A program made the translations under genes and the position numbers. A stretch of 64,000 nt of DNA from Betaproteobacteria bacterium. GTDB lineage: Bacteria > Pseudomonadota > Gammaproteobacteria > Burkholderiales > SG8-39. The notes beneath the pieces are model-generated. The model searched no databases, was not told the origin of the DNA, and saw only the letters and a list, made by a program, of their open reading frames with translations. The stretch is taken from NCBI GenBank assembly GCA_947478805.1, contig CANJXQ010000005.1, positions 6,346 to 70,345 of the forward strand. Direction: 5' to 3'. This document shows, piece after piece, positions 46,311 to 55,330 of the stretch. How positions within the stretch are numbered: the stretch's first letter is position 1; every line of letters begins with the position of its first letter.

Positions 46311-47438
46311 ATGATGAAAAAAATCGGGGGAATGGCAGGCGCAATGCTGCTCTCGCTTTATGCGGGCGCATCGTCGGCCGCCTGGCAGCTCAACCTGACG
46401 ACCGGTGCGACCAAGTCCACCCAGGTGATCTACGACCTGCACAACCTGATGATGTGGATCATCCTCGTCATTTTCGTTGGCGTGTTCGGCGTCATGTTCT
46501 ACTCCGTGTATGCCCATCGCAAGTCGGTGGGCCACAAGGCCGACCAGTTTCACGAGAACACGACGGTTGAACTCATCTGGACCATCGTTCCTTTCTTCAT
46601 CCTCATAGCGATGGCGTGGCCGGCGACCAAGGCATTGATCGACCTCCGCGATACCTCCAATCCTGACATGACCGTCAAGGTGACCGGTTATCAGTGGAAA
46701 TGGGGCTATGACTACCTGAAGGGAGAGGGCGAGGGAATCAGTTTCGTATCCCAGTTGTCGACCCCCCAGGCGCAGATCTATGGGACGGAGGCGAAGGGCG
46801 AGAACTATTTGTTGGAGACGGACAGGCACCTGGTTGTTCCCGTGGGGAAGAAAATTCGTGTGCTGACAACGGCCAGTGACGTCATCCATGCGTGGTACGT
46901 TCCGGCATTCGGTGTCAAGCAGGACGCGATTCCAGGATTCGTTCGCGATACCTGGTTCCGCGCCGAGAAGGAAGGCATCTATCGTGGCCAATGCGCGGAA
47001 CTGTGCGGCAAGGACCACGGCTTCATGCCCATCGTGGTCGAAGTCGTGTCCGCGGAGAAGTTCAGCGCCTGGGCGGGCGAGCAGAAGAAGGCGATGGCGG
47101 CGGCAGCCGATGATCCGGACAAGAAGTGGGAATTGGCCGACCTAAAGGCGCGCGGCGAAAAGGTTTACGCAGCCAACTGCGTTGCCTGCCATCAGGCCAA
47201 TGGCCAGGGCATCAAGGGCACGTTTCCAGGGCTCGACGGCGGCAAGATCACGACCGGCCCAGTCAAAGGACATATTGATCAGGTGTTGAACGGCAAGGCT
47301 GGCACCGCCATGGCCGCCTTCGGCAAGCAGTTGTCGGACACCGAGATCGCTGCGGTCGTCACTTACGAGCGCAACAGCTGGGGCAACAAGACCGGCACGG
47401 TTGTGCAGCCCTCGGATGTCAAGGCGATGCGCAAATAA
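46311..47438 (+). CDS. ctaC: cytochrome c oxidase subunit II with C-terminal cytochrome c domain
   Basis: 375 aa. CuA site HAWYVPAFG...CAELCGKDHGFMP and heme c motif CVACH. Confidence 0.9.
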   Translation: MMKKIGGMAGAMLLSLYAGASSAAWQLNLTTGATKSTQVIYDLHNLMMWIILVIFVGVFGVMFYSVYAHRKSVGHKADQFHENTTVELIWTIVPFFILIAMAWPATKALIDLRDTSNPDMTVKVTGYQWKWGYDYLKGEGEGISFVSQLSTPQAQIYGTEAKGENYLLETDRHLVVPVGKKIRVLTTASDVIHAWYVPAFGVKQDAIPGFVRDTWFRAEKEGIYRGQCAELCGKDHGFMPIVVEVVSAEKFSAWAGEQKKAMAAAADDPDKKWELADLKARGEKVYAANCVACHQANGQGIKGTFPGLDGGKITTGPVKGHIDQVLNGKAGTAMAAFGKQLSDTEIAAVVTYERNSWGNKTGTVVQPSDVKAMRK

Positions 47439-47471
47439 GCGCAGTCACGGATACGGATTCAGGAGAATACT

Positions 47472-49082
47472 ATGAGCGCAGTCCTCGACACCCACGGCAA
47501 GGCCCACGACGGGCACGGTGATCATGACGATCACGGCCACCACACGCCAACCGGCTTCATGCGCTGGGTGACCACGACCAACCACAAGGACATCGGCACG
47601 ATGTACCTGTGGTTCAGTTTCGCCATGTTCCTCTTCGGCGGGGTGATGGCCATGGTCATTCGTGCTGAATTGTTCCAGCCGGGCATGCAGATCGTCACGC
47701 CGGAATTCTTCAATTCGATGACGACTTATCACGGCCTGATCATGGTGTTCGGCGCCATCATGCCGGCCTTCGTCGGCTTCGCGAACTGGCAGATCCCCAT
47801 GATGATCGGCGCGCCGGACATGGCATTTCCGCGCATGAACAACTGGAGCTTCTGGCTGTTGCCGCCTGCTGCGATCCTGCTGGTTGCGTCCTTTCTTGTG
47901 CCGGGCGGTGGCGCGGGCGTGGGCTGGACGATGTATGCCCCGCTGACGACGCAAATGGGCCCTGGCATGGATCTCACGATCTTTGCCGTGCATATCCTCG
48001 GCATGAGCTCCATCATGGGCTCGATCAACATCATCACGACCATCCTCAACCTGCGGGCACCTGGGATGACCCTGATGAAGATGCCCCTCTTCGTCTGGAC
48101 ATGGTTGATCACGGCCTACCTGCTGGTGGCCTCGATGCCGGTGCTGGCCGGTGCGGTCACCATGACCCTGACCGATCGACATTTCGGCACCTCGTTCTTC
48201 AATGCGGCCGGGGGCGGCGATCCTGTCTTGTACCAGCACATCTTCTGGTTCTTCGGCCATCCCGAGGTGTACATCATCGCCATTCCGGCATTCGGCGTGA
48301 TCTCGCAGGTCATCCCTGCGTTCTCGCGCAAGCCGTTGTTTGGCTACGCGTCGATGGTTTACGCCACATCGTCGATCGCCATCCTGTCATTCATGGTCTG
48401 GGCACACCACATGTACGTGGTTGGCATGCCGGTCGCGGGGCAACTCTACTTCATGTACGCCACCATGCTGATTGCCGTGCCCACCGGCGTAAAGGTGTTC
48501 AACTGGGTTGCAACCATGTGGAAAGGCTCGCTGACATTCGAGACGCCGATGTTGTTTGCGCTCGGATTCCTGTTCCTGTTTACTCTTGGCGGGTTCACCG
48601 GCCTTGTCCTGGCCATGACGGTGGTCGATGTGCAGCTCCAGGATACGTACTACGTGGTCGCGCACTTCCACTACGTGATGGTGGCCGGCGCGCTCTTCTC
48701 GGCATATGCCGGCGTGTATTTCTGGTTCCCCAAGTGGACCGGCAAGATGTATGACGAGACGCTGGGAAAGTGGCATTTCTGGTTGTCCATCATCTTTTTC
48801 AACCTGACCTTCTTCGTGCAGCACTTCCTCGGCCTGGCGGGCATGCCGCGCCGGATTCCAGACTACAGCCTCCAGTTCGCCGAGTTCAACCAGATTTCCT
48901 CGATCGGTGCATTTGGCTTCGGCATCTCGCAGCTGTTGTTCCTCTACATCATCATCAAGGCGATTCGCAGCGGTGAGAAGGCGCCCCAGCTTCCGTGGGA
49001 TGGTGCCGATACGCTGGAGTGGACGCACCTGCCCACCCCGGCCCCGTATCACACGTTCGAAAATCCGCCGACGGTGAAGTAG
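47472..49082 (+). CDS. ctaD: cytochrome c oxidase subunit I
   Basis: 536 aa. Has the canonical blocks WFFGHPEVY and HHMY, with about 12 TM segments. Confidence 0.95.
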   Translation: MSAVLDTHGKAHDGHGDHDDHGHHTPTGFMRWVTTTNHKDIGTMYLWFSFAMFLFGGVMAMVIRAELFQPGMQIVTPEFFNSMTTYHGLIMVFGAIMPAFVGFANWQIPMMIGAPDMAFPRMNNWSFWLLPPAAILLVASFLVPGGGAGVGWTMYAPLTTQMGPGMDLTIFAVHILGMSSIMGSINIITTILNLRAPGMTLMKMPLFVWTWLITAYLLVASMPVLAGAVTMTLTDRHFGTSFFNAAGGGDPVLYQHIFWFFGHPEVYIIAIPAFGVISQVIPAFSRKPLFGYASMVYATSSIAILSFMVWAHHMYVVGMPVAGQLYFMYATMLIAVPTGVKVFNWVATMWKGSLTFETPMLFALGFLFLFTLGGFTGLVLAMTVVDVQLQDTYYVVAHFHYVMVAGALFSAYAGVYFWFPKWTGKMYDETLGKWHFWLSIIFFNLTFFVQHFLGLAGMPRRIPDYSLQFAEFNQISSIGAFGFGISQLLFLYIIIKAIRSGEKAPQLPWDGADTLEWTHLPTPAPYHTFENPPTVK

Positions 49083-49102
49083 CCGGGAACTGGAACAGTA
49101 TC

Positions 49103-49210
49103 GTGGATGACGCCCGCAAACGCGCCAACCTGCGCCTCGGCCTGATGCTGGGGGCGCTCGCGCTGGCGTCGTTCCTCGGATTTCTCGCCAGGATGTATCT
49201 TTCGCGATGA
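49103..49210 (+). CDS. cytochrome oxidase small assembly protein (about 35 aa, single TM)
   Basis: GTG at 49103 gives VDDARKRANLRLGLMLGALALASFLGFLARMYLSR. Its stop overlaps the ctaG ATG (ATGA at 49207-49210). A gene at this position is usual in Burkholderiales cox clusters. Confidence 0.45.
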   Translation: MDDARKRANLRLGLMLGALALASFLGFLARMYLSR

Positions 49211-49758
49211 GCACGGCTGATTCAATCGTCAGCGCCAACCGGCTGTTGCTGCGCAAACTGCTTGTCGTCAGCGTGTTGATGTTCGGCTTTGCGTTCGCGC
49301 TCGTGCCCTTCTACGAGAAGATCTGCGAAGTCGCCGGGCTGCGCGATATCTTCCGGTCGGATGAGGTTGCGGCAAAGAACACGCAGGTCGACATGTCGCG
49401 TTCGGTAGCGGTCGAGTTCGATTCGAACACGCAACGCCTGGCATGGACGTTTCGGCCGCTTGCCTCAGGACTGGCGGCACATCCGGGCGCGGTGATGCAC
49501 GTGGAGTACGAGGTGCGCAATACGCTGGATCGTCCGGTCACGGGCCAGGCGGTGCCCAGTTACGGTCCGCAACTTGCCGGACAGTATTTCAGGAAGCTCG
49601 AGTGTTTCTGCTTCCAGCAACAGACGCTGGCGCCGGGTGAAGTCCGGCGGATGCCGGTGGTGTTCGTGATCGATCCGAACCTGCCAAAAGACATTGGCAC
49701 GATCACGCTGTCGTACACGTTTTTCGAAGTGGCTGGAACGCAGAAGCGGCCCGGCTAG
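49207..49758 (+). CDS. ctaG: cytochrome c oxidase assembly protein CtaG/Cox11
   Basis: 183 aa. N-terminal TM segment and the Cox11 block KLECFCF. Confidence 0.9.
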   Translation: MSTADSIVSANRLLLRKLLVVSVLMFGFAFALVPFYEKICEVAGLRDIFRSDEVAAKNTQVDMSRSVAVEFDSNTQRLAWTFRPLASGLAAHPGAVMHVEYEVRNTLDRPVTGQAVPSYGPQLAGQYFRKLECFCFQQQTLAPGEVRRMPVVFVIDPNLPKDIGTITLSYTFFEVAGTQKRPG

Positions 49759-49761
49759 GCG

Positions 49762-49977
49762 GTGAAGGAGAGGGTAAAGCGCAAGGCCACGCCAGCCGCA
49801 ATCGCCAAGACCGTGTTGTCGGCGTTCTTCGGCATACGAAAGCGTGGGGACCACGACGAGGAGACGGTCCAGCTGTCGCCGGTGCAAATCGGGGTGGCCG
49901 CTGTTGTTGCAGGACTCTGTTTTGTGGGCGGGTTGATTCTCCTGGTGAGGTTCATCCTGGGCAGGGCGATGGGTTGA
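49762..49977 (+). CDS. DUF2970-like small membrane protein
   Basis: 71 aa, GTG start. Basic N-terminus followed by one TM segment. Conserved position between ctaG and ctaE. Confidence 0.55.
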   Translation: MKERVKRKATPAAIAKTVLSAFFGIRKRGDHDEETVQLSPVQIGVAAVVAGLCFVGGLILLVRFILGRAMG

Positions 49978-50064
49978 GGTGGAGATCCAACCGGTGAGAT
50001 CCGGTGACTCCGATGAGAAATATCAGTAGGCGATAGATCAAGTGTATCCAGAGGGAGAACTAGC

Positions 50065-50919
50065 ATGAGCAACGCGACGCCAACGCATAATTATTACCTG
50101 CCAGAGCCGGCCGCATATCCGGTCATCGGTTCAGTGGGCATCCTGCTGCTGTTGGGCGGTTTTGCCATGTGGTTCAATGACGTGGCCCTGGGCCCGTGGT
50201 CCAGCCTTGCAGGCCTCCTCGTGCTCGTCTACATGATGGTGCTCTGGTTTGGCAAGGTCATCGGCGAGTCGGAGGGGGGGCTGTACACCAAGCGTGTGGA
50301 CGTCTCCTATCGCTGGTCCATGAGCTGGTTTATCTTTTCCGAGGTCATGTTCTTCGCGGGCTTCTTCGGCGCCCTTTTCTATGCGCGGCTGTACTCAGTC
50401 CCGGAATTGAGCTCGATCGATCACAAGCTCCTGTGGCCCGATTTCAACCCAGCCTGGCCCAGTGCCGGGCCTGGCGCAGAGGCCAATTTCACCCCCATGG
50501 GCGCCTGGGGTGTGCCGGCAATCAACACGCTGCTGTTGCTCACCTCCGGGGTTACGCTCACCATTGCCCATTTCGGCTTGCTGGCCAACAACCGGGGCAA
50601 GCTCAACCTGTGGCTCGGCCTGACCATTCTGCTCGGCATCACCTTCCTCGGCTTTCAGGCCTACGAGTACAGCCATGCGTATTCAGAACTCAACCTCAAG
50701 CTCACCAGCGGCATCTATGGCACCACCTTCTACATGCTGACCGGTTTCCACGGGTTTCACGTGACAATCGGCACCATCATGCTCATCGTGATCTGGTTCC
50801 GTTGTCTCAAGGGGCATTTCAAGCCTGATCATCACTTTGCGTTCGAAGGAGTGGCCTGGTACTGGCACTTCGTCGACGTCGTGTGGCTGTTCCTGTTTAT
50901 TTTCGTGTACTGGCTCTAA
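50065..50919 (+). CDS. ctaE: cytochrome c oxidase subunit III
   Basis: 284 aa, 7 TM segments. Contains the TGFHGFHV and WYWHFVDVVW blocks. Confidence 0.9.
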   Translation: MSNATPTHNYYLPEPAAYPVIGSVGILLLLGGFAMWFNDVALGPWSSLAGLLVLVYMMVLWFGKVIGESEGGLYTKRVDVSYRWSMSWFIFSEVMFFAGFFGALFYARLYSVPELSSIDHKLLWPDFNPAWPSAGPGAEANFTPMGAWGVPAINTLLLLTSGVTLTIAHFGLLANNRGKLNLWLGLTILLGITFLGFQAYEYSHAYSELNLKLTSGIYGTTFYMLTGFHGFHVTIGTIMLIVIWFRCLKGHFKPDHHFAFEGVAWYWHFVDVVWLFLFIFVYWL

Positions 50920-51010
50920 AAGGGGGGGTGCCGAAGGCCCAAAAGGCTGACGGCATGAGAAGCAAGAAGAAAGAAATGGGGACCCTCGATATTCATGGGG
51001 GATTCACGGG

Positions 51011-51036
51011 GCCGCACCTGGTGCGGCTTTTTTTTT
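51011..51036 (+). terminator. rho-independent terminator after ctaE
   Basis: GCCGCAC-ctg-GTGCGGC stem-loop followed by a run of nine T. Confidence 0.7.
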
Positions 51037-51049
51037 GCGCGGGCCGGCT

Positions 51050-51247
51050 TCAGCCGTTCCGACCGGGAATCAACCCAAAGTAGTATGCAGCCATCAGCAT
51101 GAGGAACAGCGTCACCGAAAAACCGACCCGGACCGCAAGCGCACGAGCCATGCGCCTGCTGTTGTGTCGGTCGGTGACCATGTAATACAGCGCGGAGCCG
51201 AGGCTGGCGAATATGGCGATCAGGAACAGGATGACAATAATGCGCAT
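51050..51247 (-). CDS. twin-TM small protein (DUF2909-like)
   Basis: ORF 51050..51316 trimmed to MRIIVILFLIAIFASLGSALYYM. Two TM helices. Its usual position is opposite the cox genes. Confidence 0.55.
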   Translation of the reverse strand: MRIIVILFLIAIFASLGSALYYMVTDRHNSRRMARALAVRVGFSVTLFLMLMAAYYFGLIPGRNG

Positions 51248-51287
51248 GATTGGGCTGTAGACCGATGATTGATTCGCGACTATAGCA

Positions 51288-52040
51288 GTGGCAACCGTGT
51301 CGAGTGGCGTCAACAAGCGCTATCGCTTCCGGCCGCGTCTGATTCCGACACTGGCGATGCTGGTCATTGTGGTGGCGACCACGTTGTTAGGCAACTGGCA
51401 GACGCGGCGCGCGCAGGACAAACTCGCATTGCAGGCGCAACAGGACTCGCTGGCAACGGGTCCCGTCGCCACGCTGCCGTCGGTGCGGGTCGAGGGCGCT
51501 GCGTGGGCTCAGCGGCGCGTTTCCGTGCGCGGAGAATTTATTGCATCGCGCATGATCCTCATCGACAACAGGGTGCGTAACGGTGTGCCCGGATACCACG
51601 TGGTGATGCCCTTGCGCATTGAAGGCAGCATTCTGTATGTGCTGGTCAATCGGGGATGGATAGCGGCCGGCACGCGGCGGGAGCAGCTTCCACCTGTGGT
51701 TACACCTGCCGGGAGCCTGACCATTGAAGGAACGGCCATGGTCCCGATGCCCAATCCCTACGAGTTGTCCCGGGCCCCCGAAGCCAATGCAAGTGCCGGG
51801 CCCCTCCGCCAGAACCTGGTCATTGAACGCGTTGCCGCGGAGCAGGGCATGGCCTTGCAGCCCATCGTGATACTGCAGAGCAGCCCTTCGAGCGACGGAC
51901 TGATGCGTGACTGGCCACGTCCCGACGCGCGCACCGACAATCATCGTGCCTATGCCTTCCAGTGGTATGCCATGGCCGTTGTTGCGTTGATCCTGTGGAT
52001 CGCATTCAACCTGAAGAAAACCGAGAACGATGAACCCTGA
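51288..52040 (+). CDS. SURF1 family cytochrome oxidase biogenesis protein
   Basis: 250 aa, GTG start. N- and C-terminal TM segments, with LGNWQ and YAFQWY blocks. Confidence 0.8.
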   Translation: MATVSSGVNKRYRFRPRLIPTLAMLVIVVATTLLGNWQTRRAQDKLALQAQQDSLATGPVATLPSVRVEGAAWAQRRVSVRGEFIASRMILIDNRVRNGVPGYHVVMPLRIEGSILYVLVNRGWIAAGTRREQLPPVVTPAGSLTIEGTAMVPMPNPYELSRAPEANASAGPLRQNLVIERVAAEQGMALQPIVILQSSPSSDGLMRDWPRPDARTDNHRAYAFQWYAMAVVALILWIAFNLKKTENDEP

Positions 52041-52611
52041 TCAGAGCCGTCCCCGTAGCCTGCGCACAATGTGGGTGCTCCTGGCCGTTTGCCTGCTTCC
52101 TTTTGTCGCATCGATCGGTCTGTATTACTTCGCGCCTCCCAAGGAGCGCATGAACTATGGCGAGCTGCTGGTCCCGACGCCGTTGCCGGAGATTGCGGGA
52201 ACGGACCTCGAGGGCCGGCCGGCGACATTGGGGGGGCTGAAGGGGAAGTGGCTCCTGCTGCATATCGACTCCGGCGCGTGCGATGAGCGATGCGTGGCCA
52301 AGCAGTACAAGTTGCGCCAGGTGAGACTGACCCAGGGAAAGAATATGGAACGGGTCGCGCGGGTCTGGTTGCTCGCCGACAAGCAGCCCGTCGGTGCTGC
52401 CTTGCTGCGTGATTACGAAGGAACCACGTTGATTCGGGTGCCAGAAGAGGTGCTGAAGAATTTTCCTGCGCGCAATGGCGCGCAGGTGCACGATCACATC
52501 TGGCTCATCGATCCCCTGGGAAACCTCATGCTCAGATACCCTCCGGCGGCCGACCCCAGTGGCATGAAAAACGATCTCCTGCGCTTGTTGAAGCTGTCGA
52601 GAATTGGCTGA
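52030..52611 (+). CDS. membrane-anchored thioredoxin-fold, SCO-like CxxxC protein
   Basis: 193 aa. N-terminal TM segment; [16 protein letters not shown] (CxxxC) and a later [15 protein letters not shown], parallel to the CPDVC and [18 protein letters not shown] of the bona fide SCO at 53631. Overlaps SURF1 by 11 nt. Confidence 0.55.
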   Translation: MNPDQSRPRSLRTMWVLLAVCLLPFVASIGLYYFAPPKERMNYGELLVPTPLPEIAGTDLEGRPATLGGLKGKWLLLHIDSGACDERCVAKQYKLRQVRLTQGKNMERVARVWLLADKQPVGAALLRDYEGTTLIRVPEEVLKNFPARNGAQVHDHIWLIDPLGNLMLRYPPAADPSGMKNDLLRLLKLSRIG

Positions 52612-52756
52612 GCCTCGGCGGTATCGTCGTTTTACCCCGGTGGTACGGCGCGACCTCCGTGATAAAATCGACGGCAGCATCGCCATCCCCTCCTTACGTG
52701 GCGGCGCCGTCTTCGCGTCCAATCAGATCACCCCGAGATCTCCCACGGCGAACCCG

Positions 52757-53644
52757 ATGCTTCTCGCTTCCCACTCCATTACGGTGCAATTACAGCAGTT
52801 CCTCGCGCTGACCAAGCCGCGTGTGGTGGCGCTGATTGTCTTTTGTGCCGTCATCGGCATGTTTCTCGCCACGCCGGGCGCGGTCCCCGCGCCAATCCTG
52901 CTCGCGGGGACTGTCGGCATCTGGTTCGTTGCCGGTGCCGCAGCAGCAATCAACTGCCTGGTCGAACAAAAGATCGATGCCATGATGGCACGAACGCGAG
53001 GCCGTCCGTTGCCTCGCGGGGAGCTGTCTTCGGTGCAGACTTTGCTATTTGCCGGCGTGGTCGGTGGGGTCGGCCTGTGGGTGCTGTACCGGTACGTCAA
53101 CCCGCTCACGATGTGGCTGACGCTGGCAACCTTCGTCGGCTACGCCATCATCTATACCGTGGTGCTGAAGCCATTGACTCCCCAGAACATCGTCATCGGG
53201 GGCCTGTCTGGCGCCATGCCCCCATTGCTCGGGTGGACGGCCGTGACCGGCGAAGTGGCGCCTGAAGCGCTGCTGCTGGTCCTGATCATCTTCGCCTGGA
53301 CGCCGCCCCATTTCTGGGCGCTGGCGCTGTACCGGAGCCACGAGTACGCCAAGGCCGGCCTGCCCATGCTTCCCGTTACTCACGGCAACCGCTATACGCG
53401 CCTGCAGGTGCTGCTCTACACGATCATTCTCTTCGGGTGCTCGCTGCTGCCGTTCGTCCACGGCATGAGCGGATTCATCTACCTCTTTGTCGCGGTGGTG
53501 CTCGGAGCTGTGTTTCTTGGCTACGTGATTCGCCTTCACGCTCACTACAGCGATGAACTTGCGCGCAGGACTTTTCATTATTCGATCACGTATCTCGCGC
53601 TCCTGTTTGCCGGCCTGCTGCTTGATCACTATGTCGTACTTTGA
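52757..53644 (+). CDS. ctaB: heme O synthase (protoheme IX farnesyltransferase)
   Basis: ORF 52604..53644 trimmed to [24 protein letters not shown] at 52757. UbiA-type blocks [21 protein letters not shown] and [11 protein letters not shown]. Confidence 0.9.
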   Translation: MLLASHSITVQLQQFLALTKPRVVALIVFCAVIGMFLATPGAVPAPILLAGTVGIWFVAGAAAAINCLVEQKIDAMMARTRGRPLPRGELSSVQTLLFAGVVGGVGLWVLYRYVNPLTMWLTLATFVGYAIIYTVVLKPLTPQNIVIGGLSGAMPPLLGWTAVTGEVAPEALLLVLIIFAWTPPHFWALALYRSHEYAKAGLPMLPVTHGNRYTRLQVLLYTIILFGCSLLPFVHGMSGFIYLFVAVVLGAVFLGYVIRLHAHYSDELARRTFHYSITYLALLFAGLLLDHYVVL

Positions 53645-54233
53645 AGCGTTGAAGCGCGCCATGGCTTGCGCCGCGCTGCTGCTTTTCGTCGCGGCCTGCG
53701 GGCCGGCCAAGCCCTCGTTCAGAAACACGGATATCACCGGTGCCGATTTCGGCAAGGAGTTTGCGCTAACCGACCATACGGGAAAGCCGCGAACGCTCGC
53801 GGATTTCTCTGGCAAGGTGGTGGTGATGTTCTTCGGCTACACGCGCTGCCCGGACGTCTGTCCCACCACCATGGCAGAACTCAAGCAGGTGCTCGGCAAG
53901 CTCGGGGGCGATGCCCAGCGGGTGCAAGTCCTGTTCGTCACGGTGGATCCTGAACGCGATACGCAAGCCTTGCTTGCCCAGTATGTCCCCGCGTTCGACC
54001 CGTCATTTCTCGGACTCTATGGCGACCTGCCGGCGACACAAAAAGTGGCGCGCGAATTCAAGGTTTTCTTCCAGAAGGTGGCTGGGTCGAAGCCGGACAA
54101 CTATACGATGGACCATACGGCCGCAAGTTATGTGTTTGACGCAAAGGGACGGTTGCGCCTGTTGGTGAAGAGCGCGAGCGGCGGCGACGCGCTCGTGGAA
54201 GACCTGAAATCCTTGCTCGCTGAAAAAGGCTGA
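53631..54233 (+). CDS. SCO family copper chaperone lipoprotein
   Basis: ORF 53553..54233 trimmed to [24 protein letters not shown] (lipobox). Contains [12 protein letters not shown] (CxxxC) and DHT. Confidence 0.85.
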   Translation: MSYFEALKRAMACAALLLFVAACGPAKPSFRNTDITGADFGKEFALTDHTGKPRTLADFSGKVVVMFFGYTRCPDVCPTTMAELKQVLGKLGGDAQRVQVLFVTVDPERDTQALLAQYVPAFDPSFLGLYGDLPATQKVAREFKVFFQKVAGSKPDNYTMDHTAASYVFDAKGRLRLLVKSASGGDALVEDLKSLLAEKG

Positions 54234-54275
54234 ACGAACAACCTGGCTGGGATATCGATTCGCCGTTTCCAATAA

Positions 54276-54300
54276 AAACGCCGCACGGATGCGGCGTTTT
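54276..54300. terminator. bidirectional rho-independent terminator between SCO and rpoH
   Basis: AACGCCGCA-cgga-TGCGGCGTT, flanked by an A-run upstream and a T-run downstream. It therefore reads as stem plus U-tract on both strands. Confidence 0.75.
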
Positions 54301-54319
54301 TATTTCTGATGAATGAAGC

Positions 54320-55177
54320 TCAAGCCGCTGCGAGCACTTCCTTCATTTTCGCCATGGCCTTGACTTCGATCTGCCTGATGCGTTCCGCCGATACCTTGAA
54401 TTCGGCGGCAAGGTCGTGCAATGTCGCAGTATCCTTTTCGCGAAGCCAACGTGCCTCGATGATGCGCCGGCTGCGCGCATCCAGCGCTGACAAGGCCGCT
54501 TCCAGGCCCTCAACCTTCAACCTGTCGTTTTCCTCGGCTTCAAACAGTTGGGAGGGGCCGGCTGCCGGGTCGGCCAGGTAGGCGATGGGCGCGAAGCTCT
54601 CTTCGTCATCTTCCTTGGGCTCCAAGGCGATATCCTGCCCCGAGAGACGTGTTTCCATTTCCACGACTTCCTCTGGTTTGACGCCCAGCGTCTTGGCCAT
54701 GCCGCTAACCTGGGTGGGTGTGAGGGTCTCCAGGCCGGGTTTCATGCTGCGCAGGTTAAAGAACAGCTTGCGCTGGGCCTTGGTCGTTGCAATCTTCACC
54801 AGGCGCCAGTTGCGCAGGATGAATTCATGCATTTCCGCCTTGATCCAGTGGATGGCAAACGATACCAAGCGCACACCACGCTCCGGGTCGAAGCGCTTGA
54901 CGGCCTTCATCAGCCCGATGTTGCCTTCCTGGATCAGGTCTGCCTGCGGCAGGCCGTAGCCCGTGTAGCCGCGCGCAATCGCGACGACCACGCGCAGGTG
55001 CGACAGAACCAGCTGCCGGGCGGCTTCAAGGTCGTCCTCGCTGCGGAACTTTCGTGCAAGGCGCAGTTCGGCCTCCGGCGTCAGCATCGGGAACCGGTTC
55101 ACGGACTGGACGTAGTTCTCGATGCTTCCGACACCAACCGGCACCATCGGTACCGGTAACGCTGTGGCGTGTGCCAT
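54320..55177 (-). CDS. rpoH: RNA polymerase sigma-32 factor RpoH
   Basis: 285 aa. Sigma-70 regions 2-4 plus the RpoH box QRKLFFNLR. AAGGAG SD upstream. Confidence 0.9.
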   Translation of the reverse strand: MAHATALPVPMVPVGVGSIENYVQSVNRFPMLTPEAELRLARKFRSEDDLEAARQLVLSHLRVVVAIARGYTGYGLPQADLIQEGNIGLMKAVKRFDPERGVRLVSFAIHWIKAEMHEFILRNWRLVKIATTKAQRKLFFNLRSMKPGLETLTPTQVSGMAKTLGVKPEEVVEMETRLSGQDIALEPKEDDEESFAPIAYLADPAAGPSQLFEAEENDRLKVEGLEAALSALDARSRRIIEARWLREKDTATLHDLAAEFKVSAERIRQIEVKAMAKMKEVLAAA

Positions 55178-55253
55178 TCGAAATCTCCTTTGCCGTTATT
55201 GACCCGCTGGCACTCATGCCAGCCGGGCTTGCTACTTTCCCCTTATGGGAATT

Positions 55254-55280
55254 TTAGCACTCTGGTGGTTAGAGTGCTAA
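55254..55280. promoter_or_regulatory. CIRCE element (HrcA operator) upstream of rpoH
   Basis: TTAGCACTC-tggtggtta-GAGTGCTAA is an 18/18 match to the consensus TTAGCACTC-N9-GAGTGCTAA. It lies 77 bp upstream of the rpoH ATG and 51 bp downstream of the ftsX stop. Confidence 0.8.
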
Positions 55281-55330
55281 TGCCGCTGATCGTTCGCGCT
55301 ACAGCGAAATATTTCGGCCTAGGCCATGCA

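Noticed and set aside
55254-55280. Initially read as the ftsX rho-independent terminator
   Set aside because: There is no U-tract on the ftsX strand (the hairpin is followed by AAAUUCCCAU). The sequence is an exact CIRCE consensus, so I reclassified it as an HrcA operator (see features and findings).
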